NCBI GenBank assembly: GCA_963798915.1
Contig: CAWCVB010000015.1
Location: 15,518-79,517 of the forward strand
DNA from: an uncultured Gemmatimonadales bacterium
Lineage (GTDB): Bacteria > Gemmatimonadota > Gemmatimonadetes > Gemmatimonadales > GWC2-71-9
Reading direction: 5' to 3'
DNA length: 64,000 nucleotides
In this document: piece by piece, positions 29,511 to 41,283 of the stretch
Numbering within the stretch: position 1 is the first letter of the stretch
Layout of the letters: every line of letters begins with the position of its first letter
The notes under the pieces: model-generated
Databases searched by the model: none
Seen by the model: only the letters and a program-made list of their open reading frames with translations
Told to the model about the DNA's origin: nothing
Position numbers and translations under genes: made by a program

Positions 29511-29646
29511 AGGGTCGAGGGTCGAGGGTCGAGGGTCGAGGGTCGAGGGTCGAGGGTCGAGGGTCGAGGGTCGAGGGTCGAGGGTCGGGGGTCGAGGGTC
29601 GAGGGTCGAGGTGAGATCGAGGGTCGAGGGTGAGGGTCGAGGGTGA
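29511..29646. repeat. Heptamer tandem array (AGGGTCG)x14 plus ~4 degenerate units
   Basis: 14 contiguous units at 29511-29608 with one substitution, then decayed copies; intergenic between rseP and rpsO. Confidence 0.95.
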
Positions 29647-29738
29647 CTGACCGACCACGAGCCCGACGAGACCGACGACCCGAGCTCTCTGCCTTCCTGA
29701 CACCAGATGGTGCGTAACGAGCGCGGCGAATTCCCGCC

Positions 29739-31113
29739 TCAGCCCCACAGCCCGGCGAGGAGGCGCCGGATGTCGTTCGAGAAGGCGAACACCATGATCA
29801 GCAGCAGCAGCACCAGACCCACCATCGAAAGCACCTCTCGCAGCCGCACTGGCAGCGGCCGCCGCAGGACGCCCTCGGCCAGCAGAAAGACGAACTGACC
29901 CCCGTCCAGCAACGGAATCGGGAGCAGATTGAGTACAGCCAGGTTGACCGAAATCAGCGCCATGAAGGCCAGGAAGGCCGCCACGCCCAGCCTGGCGCTC
30001 TGCCCGGCGAGCTGGCCAATGAGGATCGGCCCTCCCAGTTCCCGGCCAGCCACCTCGCCATTGAGCATGCCCTTCACCGACCGGACGATCTGAATGACGG
30101 TGTCCCAGGTCTGGGCACCGCCAGCCGCCAACGAGCCAACGAAGCCGAGCGGCTCATGTCGCGACGGCAGCTCGCTGCCGACACCCAGCCGGCCGACCAG
30201 CCTGGTCGTCTTGCCGGAATCGGGCACTGACATGGTGTCGGTGACCAATCCGAATTCCCGTGCCTCGCCATCCCTGACCACCGAAATGGCCAGTTGCTGG
30301 CGCGGCCGTGCCTCGACCACACGCTGCAGGTCATACCACTGGGTGACCGGTTCGCCGTTGATGGCGGTCACCGAGTCCCCGACCTTCAGTCCGGCGTGGC
30401 CCGCGGGTCCGGAAGAATCGACTGTGGCAAGGATTGGAGCACGCCATGGCTGGACGGCGAGGGCTGCCCTGATACGTTCACCGATGGCCTCCGCCGGAAT
30501 GGCCAGTGCAACACGCCTCCCGCTGGCAAGGGCTATCGCGAAGGCTGTCGCCAGCGGCGTTCTGCAGCTGATTCACAACATCGTTCCAGACGTGCACCGT
30601 GTCGTCATTGATGGCAATGATTCGATCGCCTGGAGCCAGCGTGCGGAGCGCCTCGCCTCCCTTCGGAAGCACGGTCGAGTCCACCATGCCGACGCGCGTC
30701 TCGAGCGTGAGCGTCCGGCCGGCATGAAGCGCCAGACCGGTGTAAACCAGCCAGGCGAACAGCATGTTCATGGTCACGCCCGCCAGGATCACGATGATGC
30801 GCTTCCAGAGCGGCTTGGCCTCGAACATCCGGTCCGGCGGAACGGGCTCGATGGCCTGGCCGCCTTCCAGCGCCGCTCCCATCGCCTCCTCTTCGGCACT
30901 GGCCATCTTGACGTAGCCACCGAGCGGAAGCCATGACACGGCATACTCGGTCTCGCCACGCCGGAAACTCAGCGCCTTGATGGGCGAGCCCAGCCCCAGT
31001 GAGAACCGGTGCACGTAGATACCGGCCCACTTCGCGGCCAGGAAATGCCCCAGTTCGTGCACGAAAATGAGCACGCCCAGCACGACGACGAGGGCGAGGA
31101 CGGCAATGGTCAT
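29739..31113 (-). CDS. rseP: RIP metalloprotease RseP, split by a +1 frameshift near 30543 (likely sequencing error)
   Basis: HELGH, PLGGYVKM, two PDZ domains, NLLPIPLLDGG; removing one base joins both ORFs. Confidence 0.9.
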
Positions 31114-32249
31114 GCAGCAGTCCGTTGAATGAGGTCATGCGCGCAGCGGCGTGCTCCGGCATCGGCTGCCAGGACCGCCTCAAGGGTGAGGCCGGATTCA
31201 GTCGGCACCGCCTCGAGTGCGGCACGGATTACGGTGGCAATCTGGCCGAACCGGAGCCGGCCCTCGAGAAACGACGCTACCGCCACTTCGTTGGCGGCAT
31301 TGAACACCGCGGGCGCGGTGCCACCGGCCCGGCCCGCCTCGAGGCCGGCCTGGAATGCTCCGAAGACATCGCGGCGGACCGGCTCGAAGGTGAGCGGGCT
31401 GGCCGCCACCGGGTCGAATCGCCGCACGGCTGTGTCGGAGAGCCGCTCTGGCCAGGTGAGCGCGTAGAGAATGGGCAGTTCCATGGTGGGAAACCCGACC
31501 TGCGCGATCACGCTGCCGTCGCAGAACTCGACCAGGGCGTGAATGATGCTCTGGGGATGCACCACGGCGTCCAGGGCGTCAAAGGGCAATCCAAAGAGAA
31601 AATGCGCTTCGATGATTTCCAGCGCCTTGTTGACGAGGGTGGCGCTATCCACCGTGATCTTCCGGCCCATGCGCCAGGTCGGATGTGACAGCGCCTGCTC
31701 GACCGTGGCGGCGTCCACGGCCGCCGCCTCCCACTGGCGAAACGGGCCGCCCGACGCAGTGAGTGTCAGCCGGCAGGCCGGCGAGCGCTGACCCGCGAGG
31801 CACTGCAGCACGGCGCTGTGTTCGCTGTCCACTGGCACCAATTCCCCGCCGCCCGCCCGCGCGGTCTCGAGCACCAGCGGCCCGGCCATCACCAGCGACT
31901 CCTTGTTGGCGAGCGCCACGCGTTTGCCCGCACGGAGTGCGGCGAGCGTGGCCGCCAGTCCGGCCGCACCCACCACGGCATTGACCACGATATCCGCGTC
32001 CGCCAGTGTGGCGGCCTCCGTCAGCACTCCGGCGCCGGCCGGAAAGCCCTTGTCATTCCCGACGCCGTCGGCCAGGCCGGCGTAGTCCGGCTTCCACTTC
32101 TCGACCTGGTCGGCGAGCAGCTCCGCATTGCAGCCTGCCGTCAGGGCCACCAGGTGGAAACGTTCCGGGTGACGGCGGAGCACCTCGAGCGTGCTCCGTC
32201 CAATGGAGCCGGTCGAGCCCAGGATCGCCACGCCCCGCGTTCCCCTCAT
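31110..32249 (-). CDS. dxr: 1-deoxy-D-xylulose-5-phosphate reductoisomerase
   Basis: LGSTGSIG, LANKESLV, PVDSEHSA, TASGGPFR, HPTWRMGRKITVDSAT. Confidence 0.97.
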   Translation of the reverse strand: MRGTRGVAILGSTGSIGRSTLEVLRRHPERFHLVALTAGCNAELLADQVEKWKPDYAGLADGVGNDKGFPAGAGVLTEAATLADADIVVNAVVGAAGLAATLAALRAGKRVALANKESLVMAGPLVLETARAGGGELVPVDSEHSAVLQCLAGQRSPACRLTLTASGGPFRQWEAAAVDAATVEQALSHPTWRMGRKITVDSATLVNKALEIIEAHFLFGLPFDALDAVVHPQSIIHALVEFCDGSVIAQVGFPTMELPILYALTWPERLSDTAVRRFDPVAASPLTFEPVRRDVFGAFQAGLEAGRAGGTAPAVFNAANEVAVASFLEGRLRFGQIATVIRAALEAVPTESGLTLEAVLAADAGARRCAHDLIQRTAA

Positions 32250-33115
32250 TCACGCAATCCCGAAGACGCGATAGAGGAAGGCACTCACCGGAAGCGCAAA
32301 ATAGAGCGAATCGAACCGGTCCAGCACGCCTCCATGGCCGGGGATGAGCGTTCCCGAATCCTTCACACCAGCCTCGCGCTTGAACAGCGACTCGAGGAGG
32401 TCGCCAAGCTGACCCAGCACCGAGAGCGCAAGGGCAATGATGAGCACCGCCGGCGCCGATGCTGCCACACCGGCCGCAGGGAAAACCCACCAGGCGAACA
32501 CCGCACCCACCGCCAGCGAACCCACGACGCCGGCGATCCCGCCTGCGCGGGTCTTTCCCGGGCTCACCACCGGGGCCAGCTTGGGTCCGCCGATCAGCAT
32601 GCCGCCGAACATGGCGAACGTATCGCAGATCCAGATGATGACCAGCGGAAAGAACACCAGCCAGACGCCGGCCCAGGAGGACGTTCCATGGTCACGGTGG
32701 CGGAGGACGACGAGAAATGCCGGCAGCGCCGCGCTGTACAGCACCGCCAGGAGCGTTACGGCAGCGGCCTCGATCGGATGTCCGTCCGGTGGCCGCACGG
32801 CGAGCACCCAGAGCAACACGCCCAGCAGCCACAGGGCCCCGGCATAGCCCCACCACTGCGCCCAGAACGCACCGGCGGCGGGATTGCTGAGGGCCAGGTA
32901 TACCAGCGGCGCGATGAGGGCCGCGGAGAGCTGACAGGGCGCCGCCATCGGCCCAATGTCGCGCTGCGGAACGAGCTGCAGGAGTTCGCGTGCGCCGAGC
33001 ATGCCGAGCAGGCCCGTGAGGATCGCCAGGGGCCAGCCACCGAAATACACCACGCCGAACGCAACCGGAATCGCCACGGCAGCGACGCCGATACGGCGGC
33101 CGAGATCCGCGGCCA

Positions 33116-33116
<1 letters not shown>
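32250..33116 (-). CDS. cdsA: Phosphatidate cytidylyltransferase
   Basis: SPGKT, GDLLESLFKREAGVKDSG..IPGHGGVLDRFDS. Confidence 0.95.
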
Positions 33117-33856
<740 letters not shown>

Positions 33857-33860
33857 GCGG

Positions 33861-34415
33861 TCAGACTTCCATGATCTCGGCTTCCTTCACCGAGATCATC
33901 TGGTCAATCTGTCTGGTGTGGTCATCGGTGAATTTCTGAATGTCCTTCTCGGCCCGGCTCTTGTCATCGTCGGAGACGTGCTCGACCTTCTTGATGCGGC
34001 TGAGCGTCTCGGTCCGGGCATGGCGCACGGCGACCTTGCCTTCTTCCGCCAGCTTCCGCACCACCTTGACCAGCTCCTTGCGGCGCTCTTCGGACAATGG
34101 TGGCAGCGGGACGCGAATCAGCGTCCCCTGACTCGCCGGATTGAGGCCCAACCCGCAGTCACGAATGGCCCTTTCGATCACCTGCGCGAGGCCCTTGTCG
34201 AACGGCTGGACCGCGAGCATGCGCGGCTCCGGCGCCGAAACCATGGCGACCTGGTTGAGCGGCACCTGGCTGCCATAGGCATCCACGCGAACGGTGTCGA
34301 GCAGCTGAGGCGACGCCTTCCCGCTTCGGATACCCTGCAGCTCGCGACGGGTGGCGTCCACGGCCTTCGCCATCTGCTCCCTGGCGTGCCTCATCAGTTC
34401 CGGAATCGTGTTCAT
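33861..34415 (-). CDS. frr: Ribosome recycling factor
   Basis: [24 protein letters not shown]. Confidence 0.97.
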   Translation of the reverse strand: MNTIPELMRHAREQMAKAVDATRRELQGIRSGKASPQLLDTVRVDAYGSQVPLNQVAMVSAPEPRMLAVQPFDKGLAQVIERAIRDCGLGLNPASQGTLIRVPLPPLSEERRKELVKVVRKLAEEGKVAVRHARTETLSRIKKVEHVSDDDKSRAEKDIQKFTDDHTRQIDQMISVKEAEIMEV

Positions 34416-35122
34416 TGAACGATTGTCCCGACCCGGTCTCCCTGCAGCACGCGCGAGATGGCGCCGGGCCTGTTCATGTTGAAAACGACAATGGGCAGGT
34501 TGTTCGCCTTGCAGAGGCCGAACGCATTCGCATCCATGACCGCGTAATTCTTGACGATGGCTTCCTGGAAGGTCAGCTCGGGAATGAACTCGGCATCGGG
34601 ATTCTTGCGCGGATCGCTGGTGTAGATGCCATCCACGTTGGTGGCCTTGAGGATGACTTCCGCCTCGATTTCCAGTGCGCGAAGCACGCCAGCCGTGTCG
34701 GTGGAAAAGAACGGGTTGCCGGTGCCGCCGGCAAAGATGATCAGCCGCCCCTTCTCAAGGTGCCGGATGGCGCGACGGCGAATGTATGGCTCCGCGAGCG
34801 ATTCCATGCGGATGGCCGTCATGACCCGCGTGTCCACTCCGACTTTTTCAAGCACATCCTGCACCGCCAGCGCGTTGATGACGGTGGCGAGCATGCCCAT
34901 GTAATCGGCTGAGACGCGGTCGAGCCCTTCCCGGCTCGCCACGGCGCCCCGAATGATGTTGCCCCCACCGACCACCAGGCACAGTTGCACGCCCACGGCG
35001 TGCACCGCCTTCAATTCCTCGGCGAGGGTCTCGACGACTGAGTAGTCGAGACCCTGCCCCTTCTCGCCTGCCAGCGCCTCCCCGGAAATCTTGAGCAGGG
35101 CGCGACGGTAGGCGAGCGGCAT
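34412..35122 (-). CDS. pyrH: UMP kinase
   Basis: [37 protein letters not shown]. Confidence 0.97.
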   Translation of the reverse strand: MPLAYRRALLKISGEALAGEKGQGLDYSVVETLAEELKAVHAVGVQLCLVVGGGNIIRGAVASREGLDRVSADYMGMLATVINALAVQDVLEKVGVDTRVMTAIRMESLAEPYIRRRAIRHLEKGRLIIFAGGTGNPFFSTDTAGVLRALEIEAEVILKATNVDGIYTSDPRKNPDAEFIPELTFQEAIVKNYAVMDANAFGLCKANNLPIVVFNMNRPGAISRVLQGDRVGTIVQ

Positions 35123-35988
35123 CAGGCGCCGACCTGGAACCGCACGAAGCGCGTCACCGTGTTCTCCTTGCCCGCCTTGGACACCAGCTGGCCCACGGTG
35201 ACTGTGTCATCCCGCACGAAGGGCTGCTCCAGCAGCGTTCGCTCGGCGACGAACTTCCGCAACTTGCCGTCCACGATCTTGCCGCGGATCTGTTCCGGCT
35301 TGCCTTCCTGCGCCACCTGCTCCTCGGCAATGCGCCGCTCCCGCTCGAGCAGTTCGGCCGGGATGTCCTCCGGGCGCACGCCCAGTGGATCGGCCGATGC
35401 GATGTGCAGGGCGACATCACGGGCCACGCTGTTGGCCGCCTCGTCGCCCGGGCCACTCATCGCCACCAGCACGCCCACCATGCCGTTGTGATGCAGATAC
35501 TGCCCCACCACGCCGTCGGGCTGCTCGAGCTTGGCGTAGCGGCGAAACGCCATGGCCTCGCCGGTCTTGCCGGAGACTTCCTTGACCACCTGGCCGACCG
35601 TCTTGGACTGGTCGTCGGACCAGGCCATGGCGTCGAGGTCCGCACCATCGCCGATGCCGCCGCTGGCGCTCGCCAGCACTTGCCGGGCCAGGGCCCGGCC
35701 CAGGTTGCGGAACTCTTCAGTTCGCGCCACGAAGTCGGTCTCGCAATTCAGTTCGACCATGGCCCCGGACCTCGCGTCGGGCGCAAGCTCGATCACGATG
35801 ATGCCCTGGGAGGCGCTGCGGCCGGCCCGCTTCTCGGCCTTGGCAATGCCCTTGGCGCGCAGCAACTCGCCGGCCTTCTCCATGTCGCCGCCGGCTTCTT
35901 CCAGCGCCTTTCGGCAATCCAGGATGCCGGCCCCCGTTCTGGATCTGAGCTCGCTGACTTCCTTGGCTGTAATCGTTCCGCTTGTCAT
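35122..35988 (-). CDS. tsf: Elongation factor Ts
   Basis: [35 protein letters not shown]. Confidence 0.97.
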   Translation of the reverse strand: MTSGTITAKEVSELRSRTGAGILDCRKALEEAGGDMEKAGELLRAKGIAKAEKRAGRSASQGIIVIELAPDARSGAMVELNCETDFVARTEEFRNLGRALARQVLASASGGIGDGADLDAMAWSDDQSKTVGQVVKEVSGKTGEAMAFRRYAKLEQPDGVVGQYLHHNGMVGVLVAMSGPGDEAANSVARDVALHIASADPLGVRPEDIPAELLERERRIAEEQVAQEGKPEQIRGKIVDGKLRKFVAERTLLEQPFVRDDTVTVGQLVSKAGKENTVTRFVRFQVGA

Positions 35989-36033
35989 ATCGATAACCCG
36001 CAAAAGGTTCAGGAATGCTGGTGAATAGTAGTC

Positions 36034-36073
36034 AAAACCGCCGCCCCGGGCCCGTCGGGCCGAAGGCGGCGGT
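36034..36073 (-). terminator. Intrinsic terminator/attenuator between rpsB and tsf
   Basis: ACCGCCGCC / GGCGGCGGT stem followed by a short T-run on the minus strand. Confidence 0.55.
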
Positions 36074-36099
36074 CGGGCGTCCGGGAAGGCCCGGCGCGC

Positions 36100-36990
36100 C
36101 TATGCGTCGGTGGCTGGTGCGGCGCTGCCCGCCTCGGCCGAACCCTCGCCTTCGGTACGAAGCCGGGCGGCAATGGCCTCCGGCTTGGGACGCCGCTTCC
36201 GCCGGCCCGGCCGGCGGCGCTTCTTGTCCTCGGAGCCGTCGTCGGCGGCCAGGTCGCTGGTGTAGATCTCACCCTCGGCGTCTTCAGATGCATCGCGGAC
36301 CGGCGCCGCCGCGCGCGCTTCCTTGATCGTGTCGCACAGCGCGGCGGTAATCAGCGAGACCGAGCGGATGGCGTCATCGTTGCCGGGAATCGGCACGGTG
36401 ATCACGTCGGGATCCGCGTTGGTATCCACGATGGCGACCACCGGGATGCCAAGCTTGTTGGCTTCCGCCACGGCGATCTTTTCCTTCTTGGCGTCCACCA
36501 CGAACAGCACGCCGGGCAGCCGGTTCATGTTCTTCACGCCTTCGAGATTGCGCGAGAGCTTGATGCGTTCGCGCTCGAAGAGCAGCTTTTCCTTCTTGGT
36601 GTAATTGCTGCCGAACTCGCCATCGGTGCTGCCCTGGTCCAGCTCGCGCAAGCGCCGGATCTGCTTCTTGAGCGTCTGGAAGTTGGTCAGCATTCCGCCC
36701 AGCCAGCGCTCAGTCACATACAGCGCCCCTGCCTCAGCGGCTTCCGCCTGCACAATGGCCTTGAGCTGGCGCTTGGTGCAGACGAACAGCACGCTCTCGC
36801 CACGGCTGACGACCCCTCGCAGCGTTTCCTGGGCCTTGAGAATCTGTCGGAGCGTCTTCTGGAGGTCGATGATGTAGATGCCGGAGCGCTCCGCGAAAAT
36901 GAAGCGCCGCATCTTGGGGTTCCACCGGCGGGTCTGGTGGCCGAAATGGACACCGGCCTCGAGGAGATCCTGGAGCTGGGGCTGCGCCAT
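36100..36990 (-). CDS. rpsB: 30S ribosomal protein S2 with an extended C-terminus
   Basis: LLEAGVHFGHQTRRWNPKM, RWLGGMLTNF, DTNADPD, PGNDDAIRS. Confidence 0.98.
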   Translation of the reverse strand: MAQPQLQDLLEAGVHFGHQTRRWNPKMRRFIFAERSGIYIIDLQKTLRQILKAQETLRGVVSRGESVLFVCTKRQLKAIVQAEAAEAGALYVTERWLGGMLTNFQTLKKQIRRLRELDQGSTDGEFGSNYTKKEKLLFERERIKLSRNLEGVKNMNRLPGVLFVVDAKKEKIAVAEANKLGIPVVAIVDTNADPDVITVPIPGNDDAIRSVSLITAALCDTIKEARAAAPVRDASEDAEGEIYTSDLAADDGSEDKKRRRPGRRKRRPKPEAIAARLRTEGEGSAEAGSAAPATDA

Positions 36991-37014
36991 GCGAGAACTG
37001 TGTTCCTTTCCTCA

Positions 37015-37085
37015 GGGTTATGCGTCCACCGCGTTCATCTCCCGGCCCGACCCGAAGGCACCCAGACCGGAATCCCGCGGTGTGC
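37015..37085 (-). ncRNA. rpsB leader (t44 / S2 autoregulatory-like RNA)
   Basis: CACCGCG / CGCGGTG outer stem, internal GGGTGCC-TTCG-GGTC element and 3' GCATAACCC, resembling the E. coli rpsB leader layout as I recall it. Confidence 0.7.
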
Positions 37086-37100
37086 GAAGTATGCTGCGAC

Positions 37101-37502
37101 CTACCGCTTGCTGAACTGGAACCGCTTGCGAGCGCCAGGCCGGCCCGGCTTCTTGCGCTCCACGGCGCGCGCATCGCGGGTGAGCAGGCCGCCCGCCCGA
37201 AGCTTGGCACGATGCTGCTCGTCCGCCGACACCAGCGCCCGAGCAATGCCCAGACGGAGCGCGCCGGCCTGCCCGGTCTGGCCCCCGCCATTGACATGCG
37301 CCTTCACGTCATAGGCGCCAAGCGTATCGGTGGCCGTGAAGGACTGCTGAATATGCTGCACCAGCGATGGGCGCGGGAAATAATCCCCCAGGGTCCGTCC
37401 GTTCACATCCCACTTGCCGGTGCCGGGCGTGATATAGACACGCGCGACGCTGGTCTTCCGGCGGCCGGTGGCCTGCCAGCGATTCTCGGGAGTCGGGCTC
37501 AT
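37101..37502 (-). CDS. rpsI: 30S ribosomal protein S9
   Basis: [37 protein letters not shown]. Confidence 0.98.
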   Translation of the reverse strand: MSPTPENRWQATGRRKTSVARVYITPGTGKWDVNGRTLGDYFPRPSLVQHIQQSFTATDTLGAYDVKAHVNGGGQTGQAGALRLGIARALVSADEQHRAKLRAGGLLTRDARAVERKKPGRPGARKRFQFSKR

Positions 37503-37951
37503 GCCTCTGCCTTGTCAGTCGTCAGTGCATAGGGCCGGGGCTGCTGCGCCGCATGCGGATGCTCAGCGCCGGCATAGACCTTGAGCTTGGTCCGCAGCTT
37601 TTGGCGGGCCAGCGAATTCTTGGGCAGCATGCCAAAGACAGCCTTCTCGATGACCCGATCGGGATGCTTGTTCAGCATGTCGCGCGCCGGCGTGTGACTC
37701 TCATGGCCCATGTAGCCGGTGTGCTTGAAATAGGTCTTCTGGTCCAGCTTGCGGCCGGTCAGCCCGACCTTGCTCGCGTTGACCACCACCACGAAATCCC
37801 CACCGTCCATGTGGGGCGTGAAGGTGGGCTTATGCTTGCCGCGAATCAGCTGTGCCACCTGGCTCGCGAGCCGGCCGAGAGGTACCCCGGTCGCGTCCAC
37901 GATAAACCAGTCATGCGTAATGTCGCTCGGCGTGGCCGAAAAAGTCTTCAT
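37499..37951 (-). CDS. rplM: 50S ribosomal protein L13
   Basis: [35 protein letters not shown]. Confidence 0.98.
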   Translation of the reverse strand: MKTFSATPSDITHDWFIVDATGVPLGRLASQVAQLIRGKHKPTFTPHMDGGDFVVVVNASKVGLTGRKLDQKTYFKHTGYMGHESHTPARDMLNKHPDRVIEKAVFGMLPKNSLARQKLRTKLKVYAGAEHPHAAQQPRPYALTTDKAEA

Positions 37952-38030
37952 CCTGGCGTTTCCTGCCGGCTGCGTGAAAAGTCCCTGAATCAAGACAGAC
38001 CTCTAAAATAGCTCCGCCCGGCAAGGGCGG

Positions 38031-38546
38031 TCAAGTGGATGTGGATGGTGGGCCCAGAGTTATCAGCAGCTGGCCCTTCTCCACCACGGCGCCGGGGGCC
38101 ACCTGCAGATCGGCCACGGTGCCCGCAACCGGCGCGCGAAGCTGATTTTCCATCTTCATGGCCTCCAGCACGACCAGCGGATCCCCCGCGGCGACTTGCT
38201 GGCCAGGCTCGACCTGCACCCGTACGACGAGCCCCGGCATGGGGGCCTTGAGAACTCCACCGGCCGCCGGCCCGGCCTCCTGAGCGGTGAGGCTCCGAAT
38301 ATGGCGAGTGCGCTCGTCCAGGACCTCGGCCTCGAAGCGGCGACCCGCGAGCGCTACCAGCCACCGTCCCCGGCCTTCCCGCTCCACGCCAAGGGTCATG
38401 GAACTGCCATCCACGACCAAGGCGCTAAGCGGCGTCCCCACGAGTGGCTGGAGCGACGCGCGGTAATCCCGGGCGGCCACGCTGACCTGCTCGCCTCGGA
38501 TCTCCACCTCGATTTCCCGACCTTCCACTGACACCCAGTATTTCAT
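38031..38546 (-). CDS. Biotin carboxyl carrier protein of an acyl-CoA carboxylase
   Basis: KAPMPG and EAMKMEN biotinylation motif. Confidence 0.92.
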   Translation of the reverse strand: MKYWVSVEGREIEVEIRGEQVSVAARDYRASLQPLVGTPLSALVVDGSSMTLGVEREGRGRWLVALAGRRFEAEVLDERTRHIRSLTAQEAGPAAGGVLKAPMPGLVVRVQVEPGQQVAAGDPLVVLEAMKMENQLRAPVAGTVADLQVAPGAVVEKGQLLITLGPPSTST

Positions 38547-39781
38547 CACCGCTCCATGACAGCGACCGATTCAACGTGGGCCGTCTGCGGAAAGAGGTCA
38601 TACGCCCGCAGCCCGACAAGCCGATAGGGGCTGAAACGAGCCACGTCCCGGGCCAGCGTCGCCGGGTCGCAAGAGATGTACACGATCCGTCGTGGCCCGG
38701 CGGCTACTATCTGGCTCACCGCGTCGGCATGCATTCCTGTCCTTGGTGGGTTGACGATGACCCGCGCCGGAAGTGGCAGCGTGGCGAGCGACAGTTCCAC
38801 CCGGCCGACGATGCGTCGCGCGGGCGGACCGTGATGCGCTGCCCAGCGCACCGCCTGCTCATCCAGTTCGACGCTGGACACTGTCGCACCCAGCTCCACC
38901 AGCAGCGTGGTGGTCTCGCCAATGCCAGCGTACAGGTCCCAGACCTGCTCGCCGGCAAGCGCGCCCAGCTGGCTCACGGCCTGCTGCCGAACACGTGATC
39001 CCATGATCCGGTTCACCTGCTCAAACGAGCCGGCCGGCGCGCCATCACCGTTGCCTTCGATGCACTGGGCCGCCGCACCGGCGTTCATCACCCAGAGCGT
39101 CACGGCGAGGCCCTGGGTCGCGAGCGCGGCGGCAAAATCGCCAGCCCGGTCCCACTCCGAACGCCGCGGCAGACCGGCCATGACATGGAGCCCGCCGCCG
39201 CCGTCCAGCCGCAGGGTCAGGCGCTCGAGCTGCCTTGGCAACAGCGCTCGAAATGGCTGAAGCGCAGTCCAGAGCTGCTGCAACGCCGGTTCGGCGATGT
39301 GACAGCGATCGAGGTCGAACGCGTCATCCGGCCGATCCATGGGTCGGAGCCCGATCCGGTCCCCGACGGCGTGGAGCGACAAGCGGGAACGATAGGCCCA
39401 GTCGTCGGGTGCGGGCTCGAGCGGCGGATCATCGATCCTGACCTTGCCGATGCGCCGCATCGCGTCGCCCACAATGCGCCGTCGGGCTTCGCGCTGGGCA
39501 GGGGCGGCGAGATGCTGGAGCTGGCAGCCGCCGCACCGATCCCGTTCATAATGCGAGCACGGGGGAGCGACCCGGTCAGGGCCGGACTCGAGCAGCTCAT
39601 CCACCTGTGCCCGAGCGAAGCCTTTTCGACGGCCGATCATTCGCAAGGTGACAACGTCGCCCGGCGCCGTGCGAGGGACGAAGACCGTCAGTCCATCGGC
39701 CAGGCGTCCCACGCCGTCGCCCCCAGCAGCCAGCCGCGCGATCCTTACTGCAGCGCGTCGCGGCGGGCCAGTCGCGCCCAT
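38546..39781 (-). CDS. TRAM-domain RNA m5U methyltransferase (RlmD/TrmA family)
   Basis: TRAM N-terminus, C..CGGC Fe-S motif, [40 protein letters not shown]. Confidence 0.9.
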   Translation of the reverse strand: MGATGPPRRAAVRIARLAAGGDGVGRLADGLTVFVPRTAPGDVVTLRMIGRRKGFARAQVDELLESGPDRVAPPCSHYERDRCGGCQLQHLAAPAQREARRRIVGDAMRRIGKVRIDDPPLEPAPDDWAYRSRLSLHAVGDRIGLRPMDRPDDAFDLDRCHIAEPALQQLWTALQPFRALLPRQLERLTLRLDGGGGLHVMAGLPRRSEWDRAGDFAAALATQGLAVTLWVMNAGAAAQCIEGNGDGAPAGSFEQVNRIMGSRVRQQAVSQLGALAGEQVWDLYAGIGETTTLLVELGATVSSVELDEQAVRWAAHHGPPARRIVGRVELSLATLPLPARVIVNPPRTGMHADAVSQIVAAGPRRIVYISCDPATLARDVARFSPYRLVGLRAYDLFPQTAHVESVAVMER

Positions 39782-41244
39782 TCCGATTCCATCGAAGCAG
39801 TTGTGACGCCAGGGGGGACCTGCTTGCTGCGCCGAGCGTCGTCTTCCGCCAGTGCCGCGGAGATCGCGATGGTCGCGAGTTCGTCGTTGGTGAGGGAGGG
39901 CCGCATCAAGTCGCCGCGTCGCTCCAGGAACTGGATATCGATGTCGCCGGCGGCAAAATCGGCATCAGCAAGGAGGCGGGCGTGGAAGTGCTGGTTGGTG
40001 GCCACGCCGTGCAGCACAAGTTCATCGAGTGCCCGTCGCATCCGTCCGATGGCCTGGTCGCGGGTCGGAGCCCAGACGATGAGCTTGGCGAGCATGGAAT
40101 CGTAGAAGAGCGTCACCGAGGAACCGGCCTCGATCCCGGCATCCCACCGCACGCCCGGACCGGACGGCGCGCGCAGCCAGGAAATCCGGCCGGTGGTGGG
40201 AAGGAACCCAGCAGCAGGATCCTCACTGGTGATGCGGCACTCAATGGCCCAGCCCCGCGGGTGCAGCGGTCCGGCGTGCACCCGCATCCGCTCACCACCC
40301 GCGATCCGCAACTGCTCGCGCACGAGGTCCACGCCGTAGACCATCTCGGTGACCGGGTGCTCCACCTGGATGCGGGTATTCATCTCAAGGAAGTAGAAGC
40401 GACCACCGGCACCCAGCAGGAACTCGCAGGTGCCCGCACCACGATAGCCCACCGCCTCTGCCGCCGCGACCGCAGCGGCGCCCATCTCGGCGCGAAGCGC
40501 CGCGGAGACTGCGACCGATGGCGCCTCCTCCAGCAGTTTCTGGTGGCGACGCTGAATCGAACACTCGCGCTCTCCCAGATGAGTTGTCCGTTCGTGGTCA
40601 GCCAGGATCTGGATTTCGATGTGCCGGGGACGCTCGATGAACTTCTCGAGGTAGACGGCGTCGTCGCCAAATGCCTTCAGTGCCTCGGACGCCGCCGCCA
40701 CCAGCGCGCCAGGAAGTTCGGCTTCATCGTGGACCACGCGCATGCCCTTGCCGCCGCCGCCGGCGGCGGCCTTCACCATGACGGGATACCCGATTTCGCG
40801 GGCGAGCCCGCGCGCCGTCGCAGGATCGCGGATCGGCTCCGAACTACCGGGCACGATCGGCACGCCCGCGGCCGCCATGCGGCGCCTCGCCTCGGTCTTG
40901 TCTCCCATCGCGGCGATCGCCGATGCCGGCGGTCCGATCCAGGTCAGGCCGGCGTCCTCCACCGCTGCGGCAAAGGCCGCGCGCTCGGCCAGGAAGCCGT
41001 AGCCAGGGTGCACTGCGTCGGCGCCACTGCTGCGCGCCACCGCACACAGTTTTTCGATCGACAGGTAGGTCTCGCCGGGCAGGTTGCTGCCGAGCGGTAC
41101 GGCGAAATCGGCGGCCTGCACGTGGGGACTTCCCCGATCGGCGTCGCTGTAGACAGCGACGGCTTCCAGGCTCTCTTCATGGCAGGCGCGCACGATGCGC
41201 AGCGCGATCTCGCCTCGATTGGCAATCAGTACTCGTCGGATCAT
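39745..41244 (-). CDS. Biotin carboxylase (acetyl/propionyl-CoA carboxylase alpha subunit)
   Basis: LIANRGEIA, HPGYGFLAE, GGGGKGMR, ERECSIQRRHQK, EMNTRIQVEHPVTE. Confidence 0.95.
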   Translation of the reverse strand: MIRRVLIANRGEIALRIVRACHEESLEAVAVYSDADRGSPHVQAADFAVPLGSNLPGETYLSIEKLCAVARSSGADAVHPGYGFLAERAAFAAAVEDAGLTWIGPPASAIAAMGDKTEARRRMAAAGVPIVPGSSEPIRDPATARGLAREIGYPVMVKAAAGGGGKGMRVVHDEAELPGALVAAASEALKAFGDDAVYLEKFIERPRHIEIQILADHERTTHLGERECSIQRRHQKLLEEAPSVAVSAALRAEMGAAAVAAAEAVGYRGAGTCEFLLGAGGRFYFLEMNTRIQVEHPVTEMVYGVDLVREQLRIAGGERMRVHAGPLHPRGWAIECRITSEDPAAGFLPTTGRISWLRAPSGPGVRWDAGIEAGSSVTLFYDSMLAKLIVWAPTRDQAIGRMRRALDELVLHGVATNQHFHARLLADADFAAGDIDIQFLERRGDLMRPSLTNDELATIAISAALAEDDARRSKQVPPGVTTASMESEWARLARRDALQ

Positions 41245-41283
41245 CGGATGACAGGCAGGGGCGCTCGCACGCGCCGGAGCAAA

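Noticed and set aside
29511..29646. CRISPR array
   Set aside because: Contiguous 7-bp units with no unique spacers and no cas genes in the window
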